Positions 1-11,844 of a DNA stretch of 64,000 nt are shown in pieces. The notes beneath the pieces are model-generated. The model did not search any database, was not told where the DNA came from, and saw only the letters and a list, made by a program, of their open reading frames with translations. The stretch spans positions 1,302,001 to 1,366,000 of the forward strand of contig NC_043025.1 in the NCBI RefSeq assembly GCF_006345805.1. The letters are read 5' to 3'. This DNA comes from Octopus sinensis (taxonomy: Eukaryota). Position 1 is the stretch's first letter. Each line of letters begins with the position of its first letter. Position numbers and translations under genes: made by a program.

Positions 1-107
1 ACACTGCTCACGGACCTGCCTTTCCCATATCGGACTTGTCAGTCATGAGCGTGAATGCACGCGACGTGGACAGCCTTCCTGATCTTCGTTCGCGAAGCCA
101 AGCCATG
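1..107 (+). mobile_element. 3' end of an RTE (BovB-like) LINE, cut by the window edge
   Basis: Near-exact reverse complement of 7698-7804. Encodes the C-terminal C2H2-like end (HCSRTCLSHIGLVSHERECTRRGQPS*) and the short tail CTTCGTTCGCGAAGCC-AGCCATG. Confidence 0.85.
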
Positions 108-672
108 CTACATCTACCATGAATATGTAGATTTGTATGATTCCCCTAAATATTGTTCTGTCCACCTCTTTACTAAACAATCAATGCTTAATACCAACAA
201 ACTATTCTATCATTTCTTGATTACATCAAATACAAACGAAATTTAAACAAGTTTCTTTAGTAATTGCCTCTCTTCTCTCCGCTTCTTTCTATTTCTCTCT
301 TTCGTAATGCTTCTCCAAAGCTTTTCAATAATTTTCAATATTTTATAAAAATGATTTTACTTAAAAAATATCTTTCTTTAAATATTGTTGCTTTATATTT
401 TGCAAAAATGTGTTTGTGTGAGTGGTCCTCGCAGGCATCTAGAACAACAATAAATCAAAACAACTGAAACTACGAAGACATCTGACCTATGCCAGTATGA
501 AAAGCAGAAGTAAAAATTATGTGTGTCCCTTTCTTTCCCATTTTTTCTCTTTCGTATCCCTCGTTTCTCACCCATGCATCTTCTTTGATCTTTTCTCTCT
601 CTCCACCTCTCTCTCTCTCACCCTCTCTTTCCTCTAATATATTTCACATGTCTTCACTTTTCTTCTCTTCAG

Positions 673-824
673 ATCAACGAAACAGATAAATGGGGTCTGA
701 CAATGTTAATGCTTGCATGTCGTTTGGGCAGTACAAGCTTAATAAACAAGTTATTAGAATTTGGAGCTGAGGTGAACAAAGAAGACAACAATAAAAATTC
801 AGCATTACATTATGCTGTGAGGAG
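673..824 (+). CDS. Internal exon A of an ankyrin-repeat protein gene (MIB2-like ankyrin region)
   Basis: Polypyrimidine tract plus ttcag acceptor at 671-672, AG|gtaagt donor at 825. Encodes INETDKWGLTMLMLACRLGSTSLINKLLEFGAEVNKEDNNKNSALHYAVR; 152 bp, phase 0 to 2. Absent from the ORF track. Confidence 0.9.
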
Positions 825-1603
825 GTAAGTTAAGAATTAAATAAAATCTTCATATCCGTTTTCTTTCTAAATTTCTTCCAAAATATGCCATAGCAGTGGC
901 AGTGTGACATGATGACAACATGACAGGAGTAACCAGCAACATCTTTGCCTCATTTTCTCCAGGAATCCTCTTTATTTTTTAATCATAAAAATGGTTTTGC
1001 TGATATTTTGTCAAAACAGATTATTTTTGTTTTGGAGATAATCTTCGAGGGCCAGCAGTTCTTCAGATTGATCCAGTGTGATTCAATGACCTCTATCAAT
1101 ACTGATTATGGAGAGATCAATCAATTTTTCTCTAAAGAAAATATTATTTCAGCTCTGAAAGAACAAGAAGAAAAATCCTAGAGTTTGTTATGGCAGCAGC
1201 AATTTGTAAGGTTCCTTCCCAGAAATTATAATATTACATACATCCGTAACATTCTCAACTTATTCTTTCATGTATAAATTGTAACTTTACCTGTATCTAA
1301 AATTCTTGGAATGACTTCGAAAGGAACTGCTGCATCACTGACTTGGACTTGCATTCTAGCTGACATCCTCAATCCAAAAGTGGCTTCTCAACTATCTCTC
1401 TACTTGATATTAGATCTCCTTTTGCTTCCAGTTCTGTTCCTCAAATGCTCCTTTCTACTTGCCTGACATCTTTGGTACCTGTATTACTATGCCACACATC
1501 TCTGGATAATTTGCTATTTGTTGAAGGTTTTGCTATTTTAGTTTTTTATACAATTTTACAATCACACACACACACACACAGATGTTCCTTTATATTGTTA
1601 TAT

Positions 1604-1644
1604 GTTTCAGCCCAAAGGCTGTGGCTATGTTAGAGTGTTGCCAA
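1604..1644 (-). mobile_element. Degenerate minimal 3' tail of the CR1-group LINE family
   Basis: Reverse complement reads TGGCAACACTCTAACATAGCCACAGCCTTTGGGCTGAAAC, matching the tail at 29100-29140. Confidence 0.55.
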
Positions 1645-1915
1645 TGTAATAACCTTTTCCATGGCCATTCTTATACGATTGAGTTTTGGTGAAAGACGGA
1701 GATCGAAACCTATACCCTCTTTTGTATTTTTTTACTATGATACAGGTTCCTCTGAGACCTTTGATAGCAGGAAATCAAGCTGTTTCTTGAAGACACCTAC
1801 CCCTACTCCATGAAGATCCCTCAGGTGGTTTGGCAAGACATTAAATAGTTGTAGGCCCTTGAAACATACATTCATTGTTAATAACCTAAAAAATATAGTG
1901 ACAAAATAACAATGA

Positions 1916-2300
1916 AGTGAATCTAAATAAAAGTTCTTAGATATAAAGTTTAGGAAATATAGGGATTGATATCAACAAGAGAAATAGGAAGAATATTAAA
2001 GATTAGAAATTAAAAATGTAAGTGCTTATCTAAAGAGAAGAATCTTAAAAAATATGGAAGACGATAAGAATAAGATTGATAGAAATTAATAAGATGGTTT
2101 TCTGAGAAGTGAAGGGAAATTTGGTAAGATATTAAGAAAAGGAAAATCATATATTTAACATTAATAAGCTAGAAACTAAAATGTAGGAAAGAGAAAGAAA
2201 AAAATTGACAAGTGAAACTAAATAAAAGTTTTTGACCTATTTTACAAAATACTGATTGATATCAACAGGAAAATATGAAGAATATTAAAATATAAATTAG
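1916..2300. repeat. Diverged direct repeat (about 90 bp, about 295 bp apart) in A-rich sequence
   Basis: AAGTGAATCTAAATAAAAGTT...GATTGATATCAACAAGA...GAAGAATATTAAA at 1916-2005 recurs at 2211-2295. Confidence 0.6.
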
Positions 2301-2663
2301 AAGATCAAACATAGAAGCAAATAGAGAATAGGTTGTAAAGACGAACAAGAGTAATATCATTTAGTATTGCAGATGGCGATAGATTGAAGTAGATAAGGTA
2401 AATACTTAGAATAATGATATTGATATGCATTCGTTGAAAGTGTTTGAAAATATGTAGTCATTGTGATAATGCAGCTAGATGTATTGAAACATTTTGCAGA
2501 TAAATGTCCTGAGCTCGAGATTTGAATTACCTATATAAACAATTGAATATTATTATCAGGGTTCACAGACACACATAATTATGTATATATATAATATTAG
2601 GGAGTATATCCAAACTTACAGGGAAAAATTAGATTTAGGACTAAATCAAATTTCACAGTATAA

Positions 2664-3111
2664 ATATAAATTAAATTAGAGATAAAACCACCATTAGGCA
2701 AATCTAACAGTGATAGACATAAACCAAAATATAAAAAAACAAAAAATAAATGTAATCAATATAATAAAATATAAAATTTAAAATTTTAATTATTAAAATT
2801 TGAAATTTTTATGTTTATATTTATAAATTATTATATTTTGAAATTTTTAAACTTTTAATTTTTATTTATTTGTTTTTTTATTTATATATATATTTTAAAA
2901 AATTAAAAGTTAAAAAATTAAAAAATATAAAAATATAATAATTTATAAATATAAACTTTAAAATTTCAAAGTTTAATAATTCAAATTTTAAATTTTATAT
3001 TTTATATATATATTGTATATTATATTAATAATATTTATTTTTTGTTGTTTATGTATTGGTTTATGTCTATCACTGTTTGAGTTGCCTAATAGTGGTTTTA
3101 TCTCTAATTTA

Positions 3112-3119
<8 letters not shown>
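2664..3119. repeat. Long imperfect palindrome (arms of about 200 bp, loop of about 30 bp)
   Basis: The arm ATAAATTAAATTAGAGATAAAACCACCATTAGGCAA...GTGATAGACATAAACCAA is mirrored by TTGGTTTATGTCTATCAC...TTGCCTAATAGTGGTTTTATCTCTAATTTAATTTAT. The inner AT-rich arms also pair. Confidence 0.9.
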
Positions 3120-3156
<37 letters not shown>

Positions 3157-3290
3157 GATGTACTCGCATAGCAAGTGATTTGATCTGAGATCGTGTGCTG
3201 GAACGAAAACAATTGCAGCGTGGAAGGTGTTTGTAAGCCATTTAAGAAACACACAAAAGCCGTTCGATTCACTTCAACATTTAAGTTTAA

Positions 3291-3340
3291 TTTGTCAAAA
3301 TATTTTCGTCGCTAAAATCTGCGACCTGTTCACTGACAAA
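3291..3340 (-). ncRNA. Degenerate hammerhead-like motif in a short repeat (about 3153-3380)
   Basis: Minus strand: TTTGTCA GTGAACAG GTCGC agatttta GCGAC GAAA ATATTT TGACAAA. Stem I 7 bp, stem II 5 bp, palindromic AATATT. Core CTGANGA is altered to GTGAACA. Confidence 0.45.
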
Positions 3341-3385
3341 AATCCGTGCTGCATCTGAGAAAGTAACAGTTAGTTCGTCATATAT

Positions 3386-3486
3386 ATGTACGTATGTATG
3401 TGTGTATGTATGTATACATGCATGTATGCATGTATATGTGTATGCATGTATGTATGCATGTACGTACATACGCCTGTGTATGCATG

Positions 3487-3520
<34 letters not shown>

Positions 3521-4330
3521 TGTATATATGTAAGTATGTGTGTGTATATGCACGCACATACACACTATAAACTTAAAGCTATAAACCTGTAGTGATGGAT
3601 AGATGTAGACTGACCACTCATCACAATAATATCAAATTTCAACCCCCCCCCCGCCGAAAGTAGGAAGTGATTTACGACCCTCACCCCCAAAACAAAACTC
3701 TAAAACCTATTATCAGACATTTATCTCTATATCCCAAAACTTTTGTTTTACTATTGCTTGTTTTTATTTAAAAAAAAATTTTTTTCCTCCCTTACATCTA
3801 GTTAGTTCAGGTTAAATATATATACGTATGTATGTATGTGTGTATGTATGTATGTATGTATGTATGTATGTATGTATGTATGTGTGTATGTATGTATGTA
3901 TGTATGTATGTATGTATGTATGTATGTATGTATGTGTGTATGTATGTATGTATGTATGTATGTATGTATGTATGTATGTATGTATGTATGTATGTATGTA
4001 TGTATGTATGTATGTGTGTATGTATGTATGTATGTGTGTATGTATGTATGTATGTATGTATGTATGTATGTGTGTATGCACGTACGTACGCCTGTGCAAA
4101 TGTATGTATATGCGCACGCATGCCTGTGCCCATGTATGTGTGTGCGTACATGTACGTGTGAATGTACGTGTGTATGCCCATACGTAGGTATGTATGTATG
4201 TTTGTACTCGTGTGCTACGTATGTATGTGAGTGTCTAGGAGAATGGGCAGACGCGTCTGTGTGTGTGTGTACATGTGTATGTGTATGTGAACGTATGTCC
4301 GTGTACTGGCATGTGTCCGTCCAAGTTGTG
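3386..4330. repeat. (TATG)n / TG-rich microsatellite blocks
   Basis: Direct reading. Source of the MYVC/HTYI pseudo-ORFs. Confidence 0.95.
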
Positions 4331-4464
4331 TACATGACTGTTACTTAGCTGAAGGTTGTATACATACACACTTATATGTTTGTATAGACGCACACACATA
4401 TATATATATGTGTGGGTGTGTGTTTGTTCCTCTCATCATGTAAACGAGAGAGAGAGAGAGGGGC

Positions 4465-5945
4465 GGTTATAGAATGGTCCTCCTGAATGGGATCTGGATG
4501 TTACTCCATTCGGACTTTCGGTTGAGAGTAGGTTTGTATTCTTGTATACAAACAGCTTCTGTGACCTGTCTCAACATTGCATCGGTGGGATGTGTTGATA
4601 GGATGTTTAACTTAAGTTTCCCTAAGGATCCTTTGTGGCAGTCTACAGCATGTTGGTAGAAGATGGAGTTTGGCTTCCTTTCAATGTAGTTGTCCAGGTG
4701 TTCTTTGAACCTATCATTGATACTCCTAGAAGTCTCACCTATGTATGACTCTGGGTTAGTCGCACAAGCTCCTTCTTGTCACTCAATTTGGTATACAGTG
4801 CCCTTGGTTTTGCAATTTATATGTGGATTTGTCGAACATACTGCACAATTACTTTGACAGGTGATTCTATCAAATGGATATGATCTGCATAATGCCGATT
4901 TGATAGTCCTACCTGTCTTTTCTACAACTTTGATTTTAAGGCCAGTAGTGCGCAGGATTTTCTTGAATACCTTACTTAGCTCGTTCTTAGGTGTGGCGTC
5001 AACGAACATTACTCTGTGAAATCTCCTGTTATCATACCAAGTATTGTTTCTCATCCTTTTGTTGGTGTCCCTCTCTAACCTATTCCAGAACTTGTTGCGG
5101 TATAGGGGGCATATACCGTTTTCGTTGTCCCTTAGAATGCGTTCGAATCTAGCCTTCGCTCTCTTGTACACTCTGGCTCTATCGTCTTGTGTGTATCCGG
5201 AGCGTTGCATTCGGAATATGTAGTGCTGGATGTGTTGCTGTCGTTCTTGTGGTTGGCATAGTGGTGATACATACCTCATTACTCTGATTAAGTCTGCCAC
5301 TAGGATGTTGAGTTTGGCAGTATTCGACATAGCTGAGTCACTACGGATTACTAGTGGATTAGCCATCGGTTTCTGATAGTGTGAGTGGAGTATACAGGGT
5401 TTAATGGTTCCATTAACCATAGCATCTTCCATCCATAGCTCAGTATCTAGGACGAGTAATCGTTTACTGGGGTGTTTAGAGGGGTAGTCTATGGTAAGTT
5501 TTATACTGTTGTGGATAGAGTCAGCTATGTGTTGTATAGATGTCATCACCTGTTCTTCACTTGGTAGAGGGCTCATAACTGTGTCTGTATTATATTTCAC
5601 AACAAGGTTAATGTCGTCGACATAACGAGTGTCCATAGCCAAGTGGATGTTACGGTTTGCTAGGCACTGTTTAAAATGTTTGTCCCATGAAGAGGTTTGC
5701 AACGTCACCAGCGATCCCTACTCCAATAGCACCGCCTTTCGTCTGCCTATACAGTTTGTTGTCAAACTTAAAAATATGTGCTTTAAGTGTAATTCTCAGG
5801 CTGACACCGATAGCATGTGCGATGGTGGTTCTAATGTCATGTGCACTTGAAGGTGGGTAGTCCGGCTTCGTCCATTCCTGCCAGCACTCACAGTGAGTCT
5901 TCCTGTATGCTGAGGTAATGGTAGGTGGTCTACCGCCTTTGTTAC
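4465..5945 (-). mobile_element. Penelope-like element (RT plus C-terminal GIY-YIG, Neptune-like), 5'-truncated and frameshifted
   Basis: RT motifs YRQTKGGAIG and RYVDDI. Cys-rich linker CQSNCAVC..C. GIY-YIG VYQIE*QEGAC...YIGETSRSINDRFKEH. Frameshift near 5690, in-frame TGA at 4779-4781. Confidence 0.85.
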
Positions 5946-5949
5946 AAAC

Positions 5950-6425
5950 AATGCTGGATCTTTTTTGAAGTTGAATGTGCAGTTTTGTTTTGTAATTGCC
6001 TTATTGAGCTCATTAATCCAAGTTTGAGAAGTCTCTGATTCTTTCAATAAGCCACTGACATCTCAGATTACGTACCAAAAATATGAGGATATGCTTAGTG
6101 CAAACTTGGTTGAAAATTGCAAGAGCTGTCTGGCTGATCAAACTGTATTTTTAATTGTCGATGAAAGTGAGATCGATGACAAATAATTTGTTTAATGTAA
6201 TTGTTGGTTCAATTAAAAATTCTCAAGGAAACGTTCTTAATATAATGTTTGCCACTCGAATCAACTCTAACTGCTACAGGCATCGCTTACATCATCAAGG
6301 ATTCGCTAAGAAGTACAACGGTTCCAATAGGAACTTTTCTTCCATTGTTGCCTGACACTGCTTGGTATATGGTGGTTGCTGGAGAAACATTGCAAATTAT
6401 GTACGCTAAGCTTTTCCATGTAACC
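5950..6425 (+). mobile_element. Decayed hAT-type (DUF659/CGGBP1-like) transposase fragment
   Basis: Broken frames give VFLIVDES..NVIVG and LLPDTAWYMVVAGETLQIMYAKLFHVT, resembling the DETTD and DAAPYMxxAG...HVTC blocks of these transposases. Confidence 0.55.
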
Positions 6426-6477
6426 TACTTCTCTCATTTATTTCACAAATATGTTTTTAAAATAAAGACTTTCTATA

Positions 6478-7620
6478 TCATCATTCTCCTCCTCCTTTAA
6501 CGTCTGTTTCCCGTGTTAGCATGGGTTGGACAGTTTGACAGGAACTGGCAAATCAGAGGACTGCACCATGCCATTCTCTCTGTTTTGGCATGGTTTCTAC
6601 AGCTGGATGCCCTTCCTAATGTCAACCAGTTTACAAAATGTATTGGTGCTTCTTACGTGGCACCAACCATAGTGAGGTCCCCTGGTAACTTGTAGGAAAA
6701 GGTGCCTTATCTGGGAGAGAGAGAGAGAGAGAAGAGTAAGATGGTGAAGATGTGATGGAGTTGGGGCAGGGGTCATACACCCAAGTTACAGGATTGGAAT
6801 ATGTGAGTGCGTGTGTTGACAAGATTTCAAAAGAAGTGTGGGAGATAGAGAGTGGGGGGGATTTAGTAAATGGGCAGAAGTAGAGGGAGATGTGCAGTTG
6901 GAGGATATGTTGAGGGGTAAGAAATGGACAGGAATATATTCTGTGCACGTAGGCACGTCAATGAGAAGGAAGTGGGGGAGATATAGCGGTGGTGAGCATG
7001 GATGGATTGTGAGGAAGGGAGGATCATAGATATGAATTTTACTTAGCAGGTCAGGTCGTCTCAAGCACATCAAATTGGCCATTGCCTCAGTCCTTTGCTA
7101 ACTCCTCTGTGAAGCTCAGTATCAAAAGATCATTTCTCCCTACTTCGTCCCATATCTTTTCTGGGCCTTCCTCTTCCACAAGTCCCCTCCACAATTAGAG
7201 ATTAGCACTTCTTTAAGCAGATGTCTTCATCCTTGTGTATCACATGACTAAATTAGCGCAGCCTTTTCTCTTGCACGCTCCATCTGGTAATTCTTACAAA
7301 ATGTAGACTCTCAAAAATATGTATACTTTGCCGCACATGCACACTGACTTTGCACATCCAGCAAAGTATGTTGGCTTTATTTCTTTCCACACTTCGAAGG
7401 CCCTCTACAATCACAGCCCATGTTTCAATGTCATCTAACATATCTGTCCGTTCAGAGTTTGCATTTCACTCTGAAGTAAAAATGCTCTTCGTTACCAACA
7501 AAGATGCTCATTCTCTGAACTTTTCCAGCCAATTCTTACTTTAGCAACTACACTTTCAGGGCTGTCTCCACTGCTGATAAATTGGTCACCTAAATAATGT
7601 AAATTATCTGCTCCTGGACA
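6478..7620 (-). mobile_element. Old RTE LINE 3' portion (same family as 11845-12983)
   Basis: ETWAV..ERNKANILCWMCKVSVHVRQS. 3' tail motif AGGAAGGGCATCCAGCTGTAGAAAC...CCAACCCATGCTAAC on the minus strand. Confidence 0.75.
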
Positions 7621-7697
7621 TTTGAGGAGGAAATATATTTGCACCTACACACCCAAAACATCATCATGATATACAACACACATATATATATATTTTT

Positions 7698-10108
7698 CAT
7701 GGCTCGGCTTCGCGAACGAAGATCGGGAAGGCTGTCCACGTCGCGTGCATTCACGCTCATGACTGACAAGCCCAATATGGGAAAGGCAGGTCCGTGAGCA
7801 GTGTCCACAGACGAAGGTAACATCCGGTGTCGTGTGAGAGGCGGCTCGCGCCTTCCCCTTGCGTCTCTTGTTTTTAAGTGTGCCACTTCTTTGTTCCTCA
7901 AACTTGCTGACTGCGTTGAAGATCGTGTGGCGCCAGACATCAGGGTCCGCAGCCAGGTCTGACCAACATTGGTGGTTAATATGACATGCTGTAAGTGCTT
8001 CCTCGGAGCTCCTCTCACTCGGTGGCCGGTGGAGAGATTGCCAAACAGGGCAATCTTTGGAAGACGATGGTTCTCCATTCTGGTGACATGCCCTGCCCAT
8101 CGGAGGTGGGACTTCAATATTGTGTCTTCAATGCTGGGGATCTCGGCCCGCTCCAAGTCCTCAGTGTGTGTGACGAAGTCACTCCAGTGAATGTTGAGGA
8201 TGGTGCGAAGACATCGCTGGTGGAAGCGCTCAAGGAGACGGATGTGACTGTGGTAAGGGATCCAGGTTTCTGAGCCGTAGAGAAGAGTGGTGAGAACCAC
8301 GGCCCTGTACACACTGATCTTTGTTTTGTTCTTCAGGCCACCATTGTGCCAAACACGTTTGTACAATCTGCCAAAGAAAGTCTTTTGTTAATTTCCTTGT
8401 CAATCTTTGTATCGATTGAGATGATGCAGCCCAGGTATGTTAACTGCTGTGTTGATTTCAGTCCGGTACCGCAGATAGTATTCTTCTTGGTATTCCTCTT
8501 GGGGTGTAGGTTGGTGAAACACCTCCGTCTTCTTGAGGCTGACCTCCAGGCCAAAGAGCTGCGAGGCGTCAGCAAAGCAGGACGTGATGCGCTGCAGAGC
8601 TCACACTCTGTGGGCGACAAGGACAGCGTCGTCTGCGAAGAGAAGGTCTCGGATCAACCTCTCCTTGGTCTTGGTGTGGGCTTGGAGGCGCCGTAGTTTG
8701 AAGAGACTGCCATCCAGACGATACCTAACATACACCCCATCCTCATCCTCCATATCTTCAGTTGCATGCTTGATCATCATGTTGAAGAAGATGCTGAAGA
8801 GAGTTGGTGCCAGGACACAACCCTGCTTCACGCCATTGGAAATGGGGAAGGGCTCCGACAGGTCAGCATTGAGTCTGATCTGACCATGCTAATTCTCGTG
8901 CAGCTGGATCACCATCTGTAGAAACTTGGTGGGACATCCAAGTCGTTCCAGGATGAGCCATAGTCATGTCCTGCTCACTGTGTCAAATGCTTTTGTAAGG
9001 TCGATGAAAGTAGCATAGTGTCCGCTGTTTTGTTCTCGGCACTTCTCCTGGAGTTGGCGGAGGACGAACACCATATCCGTTGTGCCTCTGTTGGCTCTGA
9101 AGCCACACTGGCTCTCGGGGAGGTTTTTTTCAGCGATGGTTGGTACTAGCCTATTGAGCAGGACCCTGGCAAGTACTTTGCCGGTGATGGAGAGTAGGGT
9201 GATTCCCTGGTAGTCGGAGCAGTCAGACTTTTCACCCTTGTTCTTGTACAGGGTCACGAAGATCCTGTGGCAGCTTGCTCTGCTCCCAGCCGCAGACAAG
9301 AATACCATGGAGCTTGTCATGGAGCAACGGACCTCCATTCTTCCAGATTTCTGGTGGGATGCCATCAACCCCTGCTGCTTTGCGACTCTTGAATTGTCCT
9401 ATGGCTTCAATCGTTTCTTCGAGGGTGGGTGGTTTGTTGAGCTCCTCTTTGAGTGGAAGTTGAGGAATGCGAAGGGTGGCAGTGTCCTGTACGGTACGGT
9501 TAGCACTGAAGAGGCTTTGGAAGTGCTCGGACCAGTGAACGAGGATGGAGGTGTTATCGGTGAGGAGGTCCAGTCCATCTGAACTGCGTAGGGGACTCTG
9601 GACCAGGTGGGCGGGGCCATACACTGCTTTCAGAGCCTCATAGAAGCCTCTATAGTCTGCAAGGTCAGCGCATAGCTGGGTTCTCCGCGCCAGGTGGTCC
9701 CACCACTCGTTCTGCATTTCTCTGAGTTTTCACTGCAGGGTGCTGCATGCGTGTCGAAAGGTAGTTTTCTTCACAAGACAGGTTGGTTGTGCGAGGTGGG
9801 CCTGATGAGCTGCCCTCTTCCTTGCTAGTAATTCCTGGATCTCCTTGTCATTTCCATCGAACCAGTCCTTGTTTTTTTTCTTTATGTGCCCAAGAACTTC
9901 CGTAGATGTCTTAAGGATGGCTGATTTCAGGTTCTCCCACAAGGTGTGTGGGGTGGTGTCATCAGTGCAGGGGGATTCGTCTAGTCTTTGCTGCAGGTTT
10001 GCTTGGAACTTGATTTCCACTTCCTCCCGGCACAAGCTGTCGACATTGAGTTTCTTTATGGGGTTACCTCTCTTCTTGGGTTTGGGTTTGAACTGCAGTT
10101 GGAGCTTA
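7698..10108 (-). mobile_element. 5'-truncated, decayed RTE (BovB-like) LINE ORF2
   Basis: Motifs GITLLSITGKVLARVLLNRL, LPESQCGFR, FIDLTKAFDTVSR, KQGCVLAPTLF, LLFADD, LLYGSETW and LRWAGHV, with several stops, frameshifts and deletions. Confidence 0.93.
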
Positions 10109-10118
10109 CATGTACACA

Positions 10119-10120
<2 letters not shown>

Positions 10121-10193
<73 letters not shown>
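10121..10193. repeat. (CA)n microsatellite
   Basis: Direct reading. Abuts the 5' truncation point of the RTE. Confidence 0.95.
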
Positions 10194-10195
<2 letters not shown>

Positions 10196-10686
10196 AACAG
10201 TGCTGACTCAACACCACGAAATTTGATTAATAAATAATTTATTCGTTCTATATCATTATTTGTTTCATAACATTATCAGATATTTATAAAAGATTAATTT
10301 AGCACATGAGATAAATTTTAAAATTCGACTAAAAATAATTGAGAAACTATACATTTTTAATACAAGGCTAAAATTCAAATGAGAAATTTACTGAAATTTG
10401 TATTCAATTCCCTTCAAATATCCTGTGAGAATCGCTCTGAAAAAGAGGAAACAATATGCAGTATTCTATCATCTGCTTACATATACTTCTTGAGTTTGGG
10501 GAGAGGCGTATAACCTCCAATCATTGTTCCGGAACGAACGCACGCGCACATGCATGCACGTATGTGTGTGTGTATGGATGTAGTTTTGCATATATGTATG
10601 TATGTGCATATGTGATATGCATATACATTTTTGTACGTTAATAATTATGCATTGAACGTTAGTGTGTATTTACCTTTTACCTTCAG

Positions 10687-10843
10687 CAACCAACCTACTC
10701 TGGTGACTTTGTTGGCCTCCAAAGGAGCCGATGTAAAGAAATGCAACGCCCAGGGCAACAGTCTTCTCCATCTGGCAGTGGAGACGGGCTCGAAAGATAT
10801 GGTGGAAGCAGTAGTACGTGTCACTAAAAATAAAAAAGAACAG
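10687..10843 (+). CDS. Internal exon B of the ankyrin-repeat gene
   Basis: cttcag acceptor, CAG|gttagt donor. Phase 2 to 0, joining exon A in frame: (S)[52 protein letters not shown]. Confidence 0.9.
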
Positions 10844-10870
10844 GTTAGTCTCTCTCTCTCTCTCTCTCTC

Positions 10871-10946
<76 letters not shown>

Positions 10947-11002
10947 TATACACATATATTGATATATATATACATATATATATAAATATATACATATATA
11001 CA

Positions 11003-11809
11003 TCTATATATATAAAACTCAATTTGTGTGTCTGTGTGTTTAACTTCCCGGCACATCTCCTCCTAGCCAACAAATCGTAGAACCACCAAAAATGGGTCAC
11101 TTAAAGTTTAGGCGAATGAAAATTGAACTGCGCTATTTCTGTTCCGAAGTTCATCTCGCAAGTGCAAAAATCGATAATATGTTTGTTTAGTGCTTATCCC
11201 ATGCATTGAATAGTGAACTTTACTCAGTCAGCTGTTTGACGTGAACTGTGTTCACCACGCGTGAAAGCATGCGTAAATTGCACGAAAAATTAAAAAAAAT
11301 CAAGATATAAAAACGAATCGCCGCAAACATTGTTGAAATTCGGCAAAGAAATGAATTTTCGGGATGTAGCCTGGAGGGTTTTTTCGTATTAATCGTTTGG
11401 ACTTTGTGAACACACACCAATTGTTTTCATAACATTTTTAATGCTTTGAATTAAATGTGACCATTTTGCGTTGAGTCTGCAGTTTGAATCACTTTAACAA
11501 AATTTTAGCAGGCCGGGTTTTTGATCATCACGATACATCGCCAGCGACTCCCTGAAACTCTCCCCTGAAATCCCAGTTGAGAAATACTGATCTAAAAGAA
11601 TAATTCAACAATGCAATTATTTGATCAAAAAAAATTTATGAAACGCTTCTACGTACTTCCTATTGAGGAAATGGAACACATAAGCGCAAAAATAGAGGGC
11701 ATTAAATGCTTGATTTTAAAACCAAAATAATTGAACTTTGATTGTACTTCATCCAAGTTTAGCTTAATTCGCGCGTGCATAGAGCGCACGAACCGGGCAA
11801 TACTGCTAG
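11003..11809 (+). mobile_element. Non-autonomous Helitron
   Basis: A|TCTATATATATAAAA 5' end followed by a GTGTCTGT stretch. Subterminal hairpin CGTGC-atagagc-GCACG, 3' end CTAG|T, no TSD, no ORF. Confidence 0.75.
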
Positions 11810-11844
11810 TTTATATATAAATATATATATATAGAAATATATAG

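Noticed and set aside
900-1520. Possible decayed coding sequence after exon A
   Set aside because: No motif I can recognise in any frame and no splice-compatible exon.
1770-1832. Possible minus-strand hammerhead (CTGAGGGA...GAAACAGCT)
   Set aside because: The core, stem I and cleavage triplet are all too degenerate to support.
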